From an uncultured Chloroflexia bacterium (lineage in GTDB: Bacteria > Chloroflexota > Limnocylindria > Limnocylindrales > CSP1-4): a DNA stretch of 64,000 nt. Where the stretch lies: the NCBI GenBank assembly GCA_963819655.1, contig CAWFXA010000002.1, forward strand, positions 32,001 through 96,000, written 5' to 3'. Shown piece by piece: positions 51,999 through 61,636 of the stretch (positions are counted from its first letter, which is position 1; every line of letters begins with the position of its first letter). A program made the position numbers and the translations under genes. Below the pieces are notes generated by a model. The model saw nothing but the letters and a program-made list of their open reading frames with translations. It had not been told where the DNA came from and did not search any database.

Positions 51999-52571
51999 TC
52001 AGTGCAGGCCGTCCTCGCCGACGGCGTCCGCAGCGGCGAGTCCGCCGATCCGCGCATGCGGCCGGCCCGCGTTCGTCACGGCCAGGGCCAGCAACAGCTC
52101 GTCGGCGCCGGGCGCATCGGGGACCGAGATCGTGACCGCGTCGAAATGCGAGCGGATCAGCATCGCCTTGATGTGGTGCACCGGGATGTCGAGCGTGGCG
52201 CCCATCGCGGCCCGCTTCTTGACCGACGGGAGGATCGACACGCCGCTAGTGCGCGTGCGGGTCGGCTGCCCGAACTTCGGATGCAGGACGGCCGCCACGT
52301 GCTCGAGCTCCCCGTGCTCGCCGACGATGCCGCCCTTGCCATACGCCTCGACCGGCTCACCAAGGGCCTCCTGGCAGCGTCGCGTCAGCTCATCGCCAAG
52401 GAACTCCCCGAAGTCGATGAGCTCGGCAAGGTCGTCGGACCAGGTACCCGCGTAGGGGTTGGAGCAGACGACCGCCACGGCGACCCGGCGGAGCGGACGT
52501 TCGAGCTCACGCTCACCGTCGGACACGATCTCGTCGCGGAACGTCGCCCACTTGCGGATCTTGATCGTCAC
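51999..52571 (-). CDS. Amino acid synthesis family (DUF1185) protein
   Basis: IRKW, NPYAG, EAYGKGGIVG..GELEHVAA, RSHFD, DAPGADE, GRPHARIGGL. Confidence 0.88.
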   Translation of the reverse strand: MTIKIRKWATFRDEIVSDGERELERPLRRVAVAVVCSNPYAGTWSDDLAELIDFGEFLGDELTRRCQEALGEPVEAYGKGGIVGEHGELEHVAAVLHPKFGQPTRTRTSGVSILPSVKKRAAMGATLDIPVHHIKAMLIRSHFDAVTISVPDAPGADELLLALAVTNAGRPHARIGGLAAADAVGEDGLH

Positions 52572-52644
52572 GGTGTCTCCTTCGACCGTCCTCGCCTCGT
52601 GACCGAAGTATGCCGTGGGACGGGTGACGCCTCCTGGACGTCCG

Positions 52645-53003
52645 TCAGGCATCACGCCAGTCGCACCAGGCCCGGACGATCGACTCGAGCTCAGGGCGAG
52701 CCGTCTCGGCCTCCGCCATGTCGGCGACCTTGATGACGCGCGACGTGTCACCGCTCCCTCGAGGCGCGGATGCGTGCCCGGGATCTTCGCTCCGAGGTGG
52801 AACATGAGGCTCGCATGCTGCCGGCTCTTCGGGTAGAAGCTGGCGATGTTGCCCTTGTACGTGAACGTCGGCGCCTGCCATTTGATGCACTCGTCGACCC
52901 GCGGATCGGCGGCCAGCACGATCTCCCGGACTCGCTGGACGACGTCCTTCATCGGGTTGTCGTACCGCTCGAACCAGGCGTCCACGTCGGGCCGTCTCGG
53001 CAT
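52645..53003 (-). CDS. DUF1801 family protein, frameshift near 52755
   Basis: VREIVLAADPRVDECIKWQAPTF, LMFH.GA, VRAWC. Confidence 0.8.
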
Positions 53004-53023
53004 CGCGGTCGCTCCTCTCGGAC

Positions 53024-53458
53024 TTACGACGGGTCGGCGAGGAGAACGTACAGCTTGTCCGGCCCGAGGCAGACGAAGTACCCGGCGAGACGCGGGTAGG
53101 CCGCCGGCGGTACCAGGAGCACCTCTCCGTGGCTCACGACCACTTTCCCGGCGGGGTCGCGGATGACTCGCTCCGCATCGGCGCCAGCCGTGAATCCGGC
53201 CGACCAAAACGTCGCGAGCGTCACGCCGGTGTTTGTAACGGCGACGACCTGCTCGGCTGCCGCGGGGTCGATGCGGAACGTCACGCTCGTGTAGTCGATC
53301 CCGATCGTGTCGCAGCCGAGGTTGGCCGGTGCTTCATGCAGCACGATCGCCGTCCCGGAGGCCGCGGAGCTTGCCGAAGGCTCCGCCGTCTGACCGGGAG
53401 AGCTGCATGCGGCAAGGGACAAGCAGAGGATCAACCAGGCGACGCGAGGACGAATCAT
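53024..53458 (-). CDS. Hypothetical lipoprotein
   Basis: LSLAAC lipobox, two further Cys. Confidence 0.65.
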   Translation of the reverse strand: MIRPRVAWLILCLSLAACSSPGQTAEPSASSAASGTAIVLHEAPANLGCDTIGIDYTSVTFRIDPAAAEQVVAVTNTGVTLATFWSAGFTAGADAERVIRDPAGKVVVSHGEVLLVPPAAYPRLAGYFVCLGPDKLYVLLADPS

Positions 53459-53645
53459 CGGACGGTGCCTCATCTGAGCTGAGGGGTAGGCGGCTACCGA
53501 ATGCGCGGCCCGGCGTGCCGAGGGACAGCCTAGTGGAATCCGAGGCACACCACGAACGCGCAAGTGATAGCCTCACGCCGGGTTTGCGACCACGCCTCCC
53601 AGGGCGCGGAGCCGGCGAGGAGTGAGGGAAACGGCCCAACACGGT

Positions 53646-54188
53646 ATGTGGCGGCACGTGGTGATCAACGCGACCATCGCTCATCCGGTCGACCGGGTAT
53701 TCGCCTACCTGGCCGACCCGCTGCGCTGGCACGAGTTCGCGCCGGCGTGTGTGTTCCGGCGGCAGATCGGCGATCAGCCACCTCGGATCGGCACGCGCTG
53801 GATGGCCACGGATCGTATCGGGCCGTTCCATTTCCATTTCATCGATGAGCTGGCCGAGCTGGAGCCGAACCGTCGCGTGGTCTGGCTATCGTCCGCGCCG
53901 TGGAATTCGCGCGTCGAGTACGTCTGCGCCCCGGCCGGTGAGAACACCCACATCGAAGCGCGCTACGAGGGGGACATCAGCGGCTTCCTCCGCGTTTTGA
54001 CCGCGTGGTTGCCACCGGGCGTCGTGCGATGGGTCCTGTCGCAGGACTTCCGGCGCCTTGACCAACGGCTCGAGCGGGAGGCGACGGCCGCGAGTCGTTC
54101 GCAGCGTGCCTACCAGCCCGACCTCGCTATCGAGGATGGGTTCCTGGCCATGGCCGTCGACCACGCCGATGACATGACGAGTTCCTAG
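53646..54188 (+). CDS. SRPBCC/polyketide cyclase family protein
   Basis: IAHPVDRVFAYLAD, ELEPNRRV. Confidence 0.8.
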   Translation: MWRHVVINATIAHPVDRVFAYLADPLRWHEFAPACVFRRQIGDQPPRIGTRWMATDRIGPFHFHFIDELAELEPNRRVVWLSSAPWNSRVEYVCAPAGENTHIEARYEGDISGFLRVLTAWLPPGVVRWVLSQDFRRLDQRLEREATAASRSQRAYQPDLAIEDGFLAMAVDHADDMTSS

Positions 54189-54194
54189 CCCGTC

Positions 54195-54647
54195 ATGTAC
54201 CAGCTGTTGGTCTACGTCCACATCATCTGCGCCGTCATCTGGGTCGGCGGCGCGGTCTACGCCCAGCTGCTCGCCTTTCGCGTCGCCCGTTCGCCGGATC
54301 CATCGGAGTTGCCGCACCTGGCGCGTCACATCGAATTCATCGGCGCGCGCGTCTTCTCGCCGGCGGCGCTGCTCCTGTTCGTCTCCGGTGCCGCGATGAC
54401 GTTGCAAGCGTGGAGCTTCGGGCAGACGTGGATCGCAGTCTCGGTCGCCCTCTGGGTGCTCTCAGCGGTGGTCGGCGCTGTGTACCTCGGACCTCGCGTG
54501 AAGCGGGCCGCCGAGCTCTTCGAGGCCGAGGGGCCGACGTCGAAGACGGGCCGCGAACTCATCGATCGCTTGTTCGTCGTCTCGCGGCTGGAGCTCATCG
54601 GCTTCGCGGTGATCATCGCTCTCATGACCTTCAAGCCGGGAGTCTGA
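54195..54647 (+). CDS. DUF2269 family membrane protein
   Basis: HIICAVIWVGG...LMTFKP. Confidence 0.8.
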   Translation: MYQLLVYVHIICAVIWVGGAVYAQLLAFRVARSPDPSELPHLARHIEFIGARVFSPAALLLFVSGAAMTLQAWSFGQTWIAVSVALWVLSAVVGAVYLGPRVKRAAELFEAEGPTSKTGRELIDRLFVVSRLELIGFAVIIALMTFKPGV

Positions 54648-54705
54648 GTCCTTCGGGCCCTGACCCCCTGCGCGCCCACGTGCGAAGCCGAGGACGAGCA
54701 TCGGT

Positions 54706-55566
54706 ATGCGGTCTGAGTTCATCAACGCGAACGGCATCCGCTTCCACTGCCTGACCGATGGCGCAGGTCCTCTGGTCGTCCTGCTTCACGGTTTCCCGCA
54801 GTTTTCGTACGAGTACCGCCACCTCGTCCCGGCCCTGGCCCGGGCGGGATATCGGGCGGTGGCACCTGACATGCGCGGTTTCGGCGAGACTAGCCGGCCG
54901 GCACGGATCGAGGACTACGCACTCCGGACCCTCGGCGATGACGTCGCGGCACTGGTCGACGCCTTTGGCGAGCGGAAAGCCCATGTCCTTGGACACGAGT
55001 GGGGCGGCATCGTTGCCGCCGAGGCGGCGCTGTCCCACCCGGACAAGGTGGACCGCCTGATCCTCGTCAACGGCCCGCCGGTTATCACCCTGGGACGGGC
55101 GATCAATCACAGCTGGCGCCAACGCGCCCGGAGCTCCTATGTCCTGTTCTACCGCATCCCGCGCCTGCCGGAGTGGTGGCTGACCGCGCTTCATGGCCGG
55201 GTCATGAGCCTGCTGCTCTCCGACAGGGCATTCAGCGCCGAGGATGTGGCTGTGTACCGCGATGCCATCTGCCTACCGCGGGCGGCCTGGGCGGGCCTGG
55301 CCTATTACCGCTCGATCGCGCACACCATCAAGGACGATGCCAACCGGCTGCGAGGCAAGCGAATCACCTCACCCACCCTGGTCCTGTGGGGCGAGCGCGA
55401 CCCGACCCTGCGCCGGGACCTGGCGCTGCGACTCGATGGGCAGTTCATGAGCCCACCGCGCAAGGTCTTCTTTCCCGACGTCGGCCACTGGGTCATCGAG
55501 GCCCGCCCCGACGAGGTCGCCCGCTTGGTGCTCGAGTTCCTCGACGAAGATCGAGTGCCCGGCTAG
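54706..55566 (+). CDS. Alpha/beta hydrolase (epoxide-hydrolase-like)
   Basis: LLHGFP, PDMRGFG, GHEWGG, WGERD, GHW. Confidence 0.9.
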   Translation: MRSEFINANGIRFHCLTDGAGPLVVLLHGFPQFSYEYRHLVPALARAGYRAVAPDMRGFGETSRPARIEDYALRTLGDDVAALVDAFGERKAHVLGHEWGGIVAAEAALSHPDKVDRLILVNGPPVITLGRAINHSWRQRARSSYVLFYRIPRLPEWWLTALHGRVMSLLLSDRAFSAEDVAVYRDAICLPRAAWAGLAYYRSIAHTIKDDANRLRGKRITSPTLVLWGERDPTLRRDLALRLDGQFMSPPRKVFFPDVGHWVIEARPDEVARLVLEFLDEDRVPG

Positions 55567-55568
55567 CT

Positions 55569-55763
55569 TTACAGACCGAACCCAGCGGGCGGGCGAAGCG
55601 GCTGATCCGGGGACTCGACCCCGACGCGACCGACGCTCGGGATCAATAGGGCGAACACCATCAACGCGGTCAGTAGGATGGCGATCGCGGCCGCCGACGG
55701 ACCGCCGTGATGTGCCGGTTGGGATGACTTCGGGAACAACGAGTGGATGAGTCGATCGTCCAT
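55569..55763 (-). CDS. Small hypothetical one-TM protein
   Basis: GGAGG upstream, hydrophobic stretch. Confidence 0.35.
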   Translation of the reverse strand: MDDRLIHSLFPKSSQPAHHGGPSAAAIAILLTALMVFALLIPSVGRVGVESPDQPLRPPAGFGL

Positions 55764-55980
55764 GGCAGGCACCTCCAGGCTCTGAGGCGACGCTACTCTT
55801 GGACCCGAGGCGGTGTCGACCTCACGGCTGACGAAGTCCCTGTCATTTGAGCGACACGCAACGGTCTGAGCGAAGCCCTTAGAACTGCACTCGTTTCCGA
55901 CAGCTTTCCAAGCGGGCGTTTGCCTCGTGACTCTGGCAGAGTCAATCTGACGACCTGTTCGATCTCCGCGGGGTGTAATC

Positions 55981-56376
55981 GTGGCCCAGTTGCCTCTTGA
56001 GCTGATTCTGGTTCGCCAATTGGCCTACGGCCTGGCGGTCCCGACCTTCGTGGTCGATGCGACGGGCGACCTGGTCTTCGTCAACGAAGCTGCGGAAGCC
56101 CTGCTCGGCCTCGATTTCGAGGATGTGGGCCAAGTGTCGTTTGCGGACTGGACAGCGGCCTTTGCGTCACGCACCAAGGGGCGTCAACGGGCCGACCCGG
56201 CGACCCACCCTCTTGCCGTCGCCATTCGCCAACGTACGCCGGTACACGGACCGTTGCGGATCGTGGGCCGAGACGGCGTACTTCGTTCGCTCGTGGTGAC
56301 CGCTCTCCCTCTGGAGGGCTCTCGCGGTCAGCTCCTCGGCGGCCTCGCGATGTTTTGGGAGCCGTCGACCCGATGA
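55981..56376 (+). CDS. Stand-alone PAS-domain protein
   Basis: ELILVRQLA, FVVD..GDLVFVNEAAEALLG. Confidence 0.8.
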   Translation: MAQLPLELILVRQLAYGLAVPTFVVDATGDLVFVNEAAEALLGLDFEDVGQVSFADWTAAFASRTKGRQRADPATHPLAVAIRQRTPVHGPLRIVGRDGVLRSLVVTALPLEGSRGQLLGGLAMFWEPSTR

Positions 56377-57224
56377 TCGTCCGCCTGTGGGGGACCCGCG
56401 GGTCGCTCGCCAGCTCCGGCCCGGAAACGACGGGTTACGGAGGCAACACCGCCGCGGTCGAGATCGTGAACGCCGACGGCAGCATTCTCGCGCTCGATGC
56501 CGGGACAGGCATACGTCGGCTCGGAGCCGCCATCGACCCGTCCGTCGAGCGGCTGGACATCCTCCTGACCCACCTCCACATGGACCACATCCAGGGCCTC
56601 GGCTTCTTTGCCCCGTTCTTTCGGCCCACCGGCGAGATTCATATTTGGGGCCCTGCCTCCGCGACGATGGACCTGCGGACTCGCCTCACTCGCTACCTCT
56701 CGCCGCCGCTCTTCCCGGTCCGGCTCCGCGACCTCGACGCTCGAGTCGTGCTGCATGACGCGCCCGATGAGCCGGTAAGCATCGGCGGCTTCGAGGTCGT
56801 TGCCCAGCACGTCATCCATCCAGGACCCACGGTCGGTTATCGGATCTCCGGCGACGGGGCGAGCGTTGCCTACCTGCCCGATCATGAGCCGGCGCTCGGT
56901 GCGCGACAGTTTCCCGATGAGCCGCGCTGGACGTCCGGCTTCGATCTTGCCTCAGGCGTCGATCTCCTCATCCACGACGGGCAGTACTCGGATGACGAGC
57001 GCGCGGGGCGGATCGGCTGGGGTCACAGCTCGGTCAGCGAGGCAGTCGCCTTCGCGGAGTTAGCGTCGGTTCGCCGACTCATCCTCTTCCACCACGACCC
57101 ATCCCATAGCGATGCCGTGCTCGACGAGCTGACCGAGGCGGCGCGCGCACGCGGGACCTCCATCGAGGTTGTCGCTGGTCGCGAGGGCGCTCAGTACGAT
57201 CTAGGAACCGGCGTCCACGCGTAG
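56373..57224 (+). CDS. MBL-fold metallo-hydrolase (phosphodiesterase-like)
   Basis: WGTRGS, YGGNT, DAGTG, THLHMDHIQG, GWGHS, FHHDP. Confidence 0.9.
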   Translation: MIVRLWGTRGSLASSGPETTGYGGNTAAVEIVNADGSILALDAGTGIRRLGAAIDPSVERLDILLTHLHMDHIQGLGFFAPFFRPTGEIHIWGPASATMDLRTRLTRYLSPPLFPVRLRDLDARVVLHDAPDEPVSIGGFEVVAQHVIHPGPTVGYRISGDGASVAYLPDHEPALGARQFPDEPRWTSGFDLASGVDLLIHDGQYSDDERAGRIGWGHSSVSEAVAFAELASVRRLILFHHDPSHSDAVLDELTEAARARGTSIEVVAGREGAQYDLGTGVHA

Positions 57225-57526
57225 CCGGTCGCGCTCTCCCTGCCCTCGCCATTCGGCCTCGGACATCGGCGCGCTGCCTCCGGCGCGTACGCACGTGCGC
57301 TGCGTCGTGGAGTCGACGCGCGCCCCGGGGTGATCCCAGCCGGTAGTCACCGACCAAGCGGAGTACCCCTGCAGTAGACTCCAGATGGTTGGACGGTGCT
57401 TGATCATCGGTCTAGGGTCCTGATACGGGTGCTCAACACATGCGTGTCATCCGCTCCGATACCGTTGTATTCAGGTCCCGACCGGCTCGCTTGTTCCGTC
57501 ATCTGCTGTGATCGAACACAGACAGT

Positions 57527-57603
57527 CCGCCCGTAGCTCAGTGGATCAGAGCGACTGACTTCGGATCAGTAGGTCGGGGGTTCGAATCCCTCCGGGCGGG
57601 CCA
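57527..57603 (+). tRNA. tRNA-Arg(UCG)
   Basis: CCGCCCGTAGCTCAGTGG...ACTGA-CTTCGGA-TCAGT...GGTTCGAATCC...GCCA, 77 nt. Confidence 0.95.
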
Positions 57604-57617
57604 CCTATTCCTCGCAC

Positions 57618-57657
57618 GAAGTGACCCCGACGGGCTACCGCCGGGGGGTTTCGTTCT
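57618..57657 (+). terminator. Putative intrinsic terminator after the tRNA
   Basis: CCCCGACGG-GCTA-CCGCCGGGG hairpin followed by GGTTTCGTT. Confidence 0.45.
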
Positions 57658-57706
57658 GCCCAGTACCACTCGCCGTACCACCTTGACGGCCTATCCTCGG
57701 GCGAGC

Positions 57707-58198
57707 ATGCGCCGACTCCGCCTGTCCATGGTGCTTGGCCTAGCCGTGAGCGTGGCTGCGTGTACCTCAGTACGGATCCGAAACGAGACGACGCAGGATC
57801 GGGTCATGAACGTTGGAACCGAGCGGTACGAGATCGACGGCGCCACTTCTGGCTCCCTTCCCGTATCTGTCGGCGACTGGCTGATCGTCGAGCGAGCATC
57901 CTGCGCCGTCGATACATCGACACGCGTTAGCGAGGGGACCGCGGTGCTTGCGCTCGTGCGCCATTCGCCGGACCCATTTACGGTCGATCGCTCGACAGTC
58001 GAGTTCGCGCGAGTCACCCCGCGACCGAACGAGACGTTCCCGCCCCTTTCGCGACCACTAGATAATCGTTGCCAATACTTTGGTGGCTCGACGCTGCCGG
58101 CCGGGTGGTTCGTGGTCATCGTCGTAATCGTCATGTCCGCGATCGCGCTCTGGCGCTCGCAACGGAGATCTGCGCCATTTTCCGGGGTTCTTCGTTAG
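57707..58198 (+). CDS. Hypothetical lipoprotein with C-terminal TM
   Basis: VAAC lipobox, C-terminal hydrophobic helix. Confidence 0.55.
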   Translation: MRRLRLSMVLGLAVSVAACTSVRIRNETTQDRVMNVGTERYEIDGATSGSLPVSVGDWLIVERASCAVDTSTRVSEGTAVLALVRHSPDPFTVDRSTVEFARVTPRPNETFPPLSRPLDNRCQYFGGSTLPAGWFVVIVVIVMSAIALWRSQRRSAPFSGVLR

Positions 58199-58323
58199 GC
58201 GCTGCGACCGAACGGGTGTGCGATCCGTGCGTACCTGACGGACATGGGCGGACGCTCCAGCCAACCCTGCGGGACTGTCGTCGTCGGTTCAAATCCAGCC
58301 GCCCCGGCCACTTCCCGTCGACC

Positions 58324-58962
58324 CTATGCGGCCGGGTTCGCCCCACGTTGAGCAACATCGCTCACGTCGATGGTCGCCCTCATCAGCCACACCCCGAGCC
58401 AGCCGATCGCGAGGCCCAGGATGATCCCCCCGCTCAGGTAGGCAAGGCCGATGGGGATGCCGGACAGCAGGCCGCCGACCAGGATCGCGGCAGAGATGGC
58501 TGTCGGAAACACATGAGCTCGCAGGCTGGCGGCTCCGAACAAGACCCAGCCGATGCCGAGCAGGACGAAGCTCGCGAGGCCACCTACGAGCAGGCGGCCG
58601 CCCACGAATGTGGGGATCGCCTCGGGAACGACTTCCGCGATCCGAGGCACCGCGAACGCCTCGTACCACCAGTCCCCGGCCATGAAGACCGTGCCCATCA
58701 ACGCAGCCGCGAAGCCGATCAGGCCGAACCAGCCCGCGCTCGCTGCCTGGCGATCGTATATGGCGACGAGTGCGAACGCGAGCAACCCGAACGCCACGAT
58801 CGAGGCGACGCTGGTGATCGCATGAGTCGGGCCGAGAACGTATTCCGTCAGATCGCTGCCGGTAACAACGAAGAGGATCGTCGGTAGCCTGGTCGCCACG
58901 ACCAATGCGCCTGTGACGACCGCGAGTGGCCCCGCGATTCGCGACAGCGGCGACGTGGACAT
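58324..58962 (-). CDS. Hypothetical six-TM membrane protein
   Basis: GGAGG RBS, hydrophobic pattern, AGDWWYEAFAVP. Confidence 0.75.
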   Translation of the reverse strand: MSTSPLSRIAGPLAVVTGALVVATRLPTILFVVTGSDLTEYVLGPTHAITSVASIVAFGLLAFALVAIYDRQAASAGWFGLIGFAAALMGTVFMAGDWWYEAFAVPRIAEVVPEAIPTFVGGRLLVGGLASFVLLGIGWVLFGAASLRAHVFPTAISAAILVGGLLSGIPIGLAYLSGGIILGLAIGWLGVWLMRATIDVSDVAQRGANPAA

Positions 58963-59063
58963 GCCAGCCTCCTTCTAGGCCCGGAGGATCGTCTCTACGG
59001 TGTTATGAACCGGTAACGGTGTGCGAGCGCGCGGACGTCCATGTCTGCGGTCCTCCTGGACCG

Positions 59064-59873
59064 CTAGGCGGGTGGGGCAACGGCGACGACACCCGATCGA
59101 TCGTTCGGGTCTTGGCTTCCAACGCTGATCCAGCGCGACCATGACGCAAGGACGAGCGGAATCGCGACGGTCGCGAAGCCGATGGCGCTGAACACGAACA
59201 GACCCGCGACATCAGCGAGCGGGAACACGAGCGATGCGGCGAGGTTCCCGGTGCCATGCATGATCGTCGCCAGCCAAGCGCTTCGCGTGCCGAGCCACAG
59301 CCAGGTCATCAGGAATGAGAAGGTGAATACCCAGAGCGCGAAGGCCCAGAACGGGTTTCCGTACGACGGCATCCCAGGGATGAAATACAGCGGGCTGTGC
59401 CACAGCGTCCACACAGCAGCGACGACCAGGGTCGCCACGAGCGGTGACTGCCGGTTCAGCAGGCCACGCAGCAGGAATCCGCGCCAGCCGATCTCCTCGC
59501 CGATGACCAGGAAGAACAGCACGAGCAGTAACGGTTCGACGCTTCCCGGCACTGGGAGCGCCGTATTGCCCGCCAGGACGTAGAGAAAGTGGCCGATGGC
59601 GGTCCCCGCGATCGGAAGGGCCAGCGCTGCGATGTACCAGCCGGGATGGACTCGCCAGCGGGTCGTCACCGCCCACAATTCGCTAGCACCGGCTCGTCCG
59701 CGCCATATGCGCGCCACGATGAATGCCGCCGCGGCCGGTCCGAAGAGCGCGATCAGGCCGAAAAGGAGCGATACGTTGAGTAGAAGTCCGAGCGTGATCG
59801 AGAACACGTACGCCAATACGACATACGTGCTCAGCGGGTACCGCCGGATCAGCCCTGCCGTCGTCGAGCTCAA
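59064..59873 (-). CDS. CPBP (Abi/CAAX) intramembrane metalloprotease
   Basis: GEEIGWRGF, WTLWHSP, IMHGTGN. Confidence 0.88.
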   Translation of the reverse strand: MSSTTAGLIRRYPLSTYVVLAYVFSITLGLLLNVSLLFGLIALFGPAAAAFIVARIWRGRAGASELWAVTTRWRVHPGWYIAALALPIAGTAIGHFLYVLAGNTALPVPGSVEPLLLVLFFLVIGEEIGWRGFLLRGLLNRQSPLVATLVVAAVWTLWHSPLYFIPGMPSYGNPFWAFALWVFTFSFLMTWLWLGTRSAWLATIMHGTGNLAASLVFPLADVAGLFVFSAIGFATVAIPLVLASWSRWISVGSQDPNDRSGVVAVAPPA

Positions 59874-60568
59874 GTCCGACGCCCCGCGAGACCCGACGGC
59901 GATCTAGTCATCCCGGGCTCGCTCACGTGGATGGTCGCACGCATGAGCCATGCCGATAGCGCGGCCTCCCTAGGGCGTCGTGGATGGAGCCGCAGCGGAG
60001 GGAGAAGCCGATCCAAAGACGTCCGAGTCGTCCGAGCGCGGGTCGCTCGCAGTGCAGCCAGCCGTCAGTGCGCCGAGGATCATCCCCGCGAGCAGCAACG
60101 ACTGGACGATCGGATGCCAGGCAGGCCCCATCTTCAGGATCTTCGATAGTCGCACTGATTTCACCCGCATCCCGCGATTAGATGCTCCGAGTCTGTTGAA
60201 CCGCAGCCATCGGGTCATGACGAGACCGTCATGTTCCTCCAGCCACGCCTCAATCGCGCGCCCGCACCGCCGGTCTCCTGGCATGGCATCCCCGACGCCA
60301 CCACGTGCGCCGCTCGCGATCCAGGCGAGGTCGCGAACCGCGGCTGTTGCGCCGCTGCAATGACCCGAGCCAGTTCTGATACTGCGGGCCGTCGTACCGG
60401 ACCACTAACGTCGATCTCTGCAAGCCGCCATGACGACCCTCGAAAAGATCCTCGAGACCAACACGTTGCGCTCGGCGCGGACCCGTGATCCCGGCAACGG
60501 CGATTTCGATGGTTTCGCACCGATCGATGACGCGACGCGGAGGAGTGATGCGATGCGCGTGCATGTCC

Positions 60569-60934
60569 ATGAACCGCGGGGCGATCAAGCCCGCTCTGAT
60601 CGCGATCCCGAGCTCCGACGCGGCCTTTCGCGACCACGTCCAGAGGCTGCGCCGAGCCGCGAGCCAAGCGGACCTCGAAATCAGGCTACGACGCATCTTC
60701 CCGCGCGTCGTGGTGCGGGAGCGTACGATCTCGGGCGAGGCCCCGGCGTGGTACGCGTATCGGGACGGCGCGTGGGGATCGTCGCTCTCCGGTTCCTGGT
60801 GGGCTGACCCTGACCTGCCCCGGCTGACCGTCTCGCCCGCCGGCTGGATCACTCGAGCGAACGCGACGGCCACCGGCCTCCTCGGCATCGAGGGCGACGA
60901 GCCCGTCTTCCGCCCGGCCGGTGGGCACGCCTGA
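60569..60934 (+). CDS. Hypothetical protein with a truncated PAS-like tail
   Basis: LRRIFPRVVVRER...WYAYRDG, then GWITRANATATGLLG and an early stop. Confidence 0.55.
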   Translation: MNRGAIKPALIAIPSSDAAFRDHVQRLRRAASQADLEIRLRRIFPRVVVRERTISGEAPAWYAYRDGAWGSSLSGSWWADPDLPRLTVSPAGWITRANATATGLLGIEGDEPVFRPAGGHA

Positions 60935-60971
60935 CCCGCGTTCGAGCCCTCGGTCAGCGTTCGAGCCTCCG

Positions 60972-61502
60972 TCAGCGTTCGCGAACGAGCTCCGCAAGCG
61001 GTCGTCGTCCGGTCCCGGGACCAGTCCGCGGCCGTCGAGCCTCGTCCGTCGGGTGTCCGATCGCGACGATGGTCCGAACCCAGGCCGGCGACGCGACACC
61101 CAGCAACGCCCCGACGCCGGCCTGTTCGGCGGCGCTGTCGGCCCAGCCGATGCCGCCACCGAGACCGAGTGCGCTCGCCGCGATCAGGATCCGCTCGGCC
61201 GCTCGGCCCTCATCGTAGGTGTCCTCGTCCGGATGTTCGCCGTTCATCGAGATGGCGATCCCGATGGGAGCCTTGGCCACGTGGCGCGCATAGGGGGCGA
61301 GCTCCGCGATCCGTCGCCGGACATCCCGATCGCGTACCACGATGAACGTCCACGGCTGGCGGTTCTCCGAGCTGCCGCTCCAGCGAGCGACCTCGAGGAT
61401 GGCCCGGATCGTCGCCACGTCGACCGGCTCGTCGGTGAAGCGCCGGACCTGCCGCGTCCGCCGCAAGGCCCGCAGCACGGTCTCGGCGGAGGCGTCATCC
61501 AT
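60972..61502 (-). CDS. Nitroreductase family protein
   Basis: RQVRRF, ARWSGSSENRQPW, ALGLG, AIGHP. Confidence 0.9.
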   Translation of the reverse strand: MDDASAETVLRALRRTRQVRRFTDEPVDVATIRAILEVARWSGSSENRQPWTFIVVRDRDVRRRIAELAPYARHVAKAPIGIAISMNGEHPDEDTYDEGRAAERILIAASALGLGGGIGWADSAAEQAGVGALLGVASPAWVRTIVAIGHPTDEARRPRTGPGTGRRPLAELVRER

Positions 61503-61636
61503 GGCCGGAGTGTAAGTCGTCGCGCATACCCGGACTCGTCGGGTAGCCCCAAGTACCCGCGCCTCCGAGGACCATCGCCGCGTTCCGCCAGGCGCCCGCG
61601 GCGGATACGCTGCCCCTCCCCGGGAGTGCGACGACC

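Noticed and set aside
51999-53207. DUF1801-DUF1185 fusion ORF
   Set aside because: A frameshift near 52755 skips the DUF1801 stop at 52645; the DUF1185 gene has its own GGAG RBS and GTG start.
55770-55980. Possible riboswitch or hammerhead ribozyme (CTGACGA, GGCAAAC fragments)
   Set aside because: I could not build the required helices or the rest of the core on either strand.
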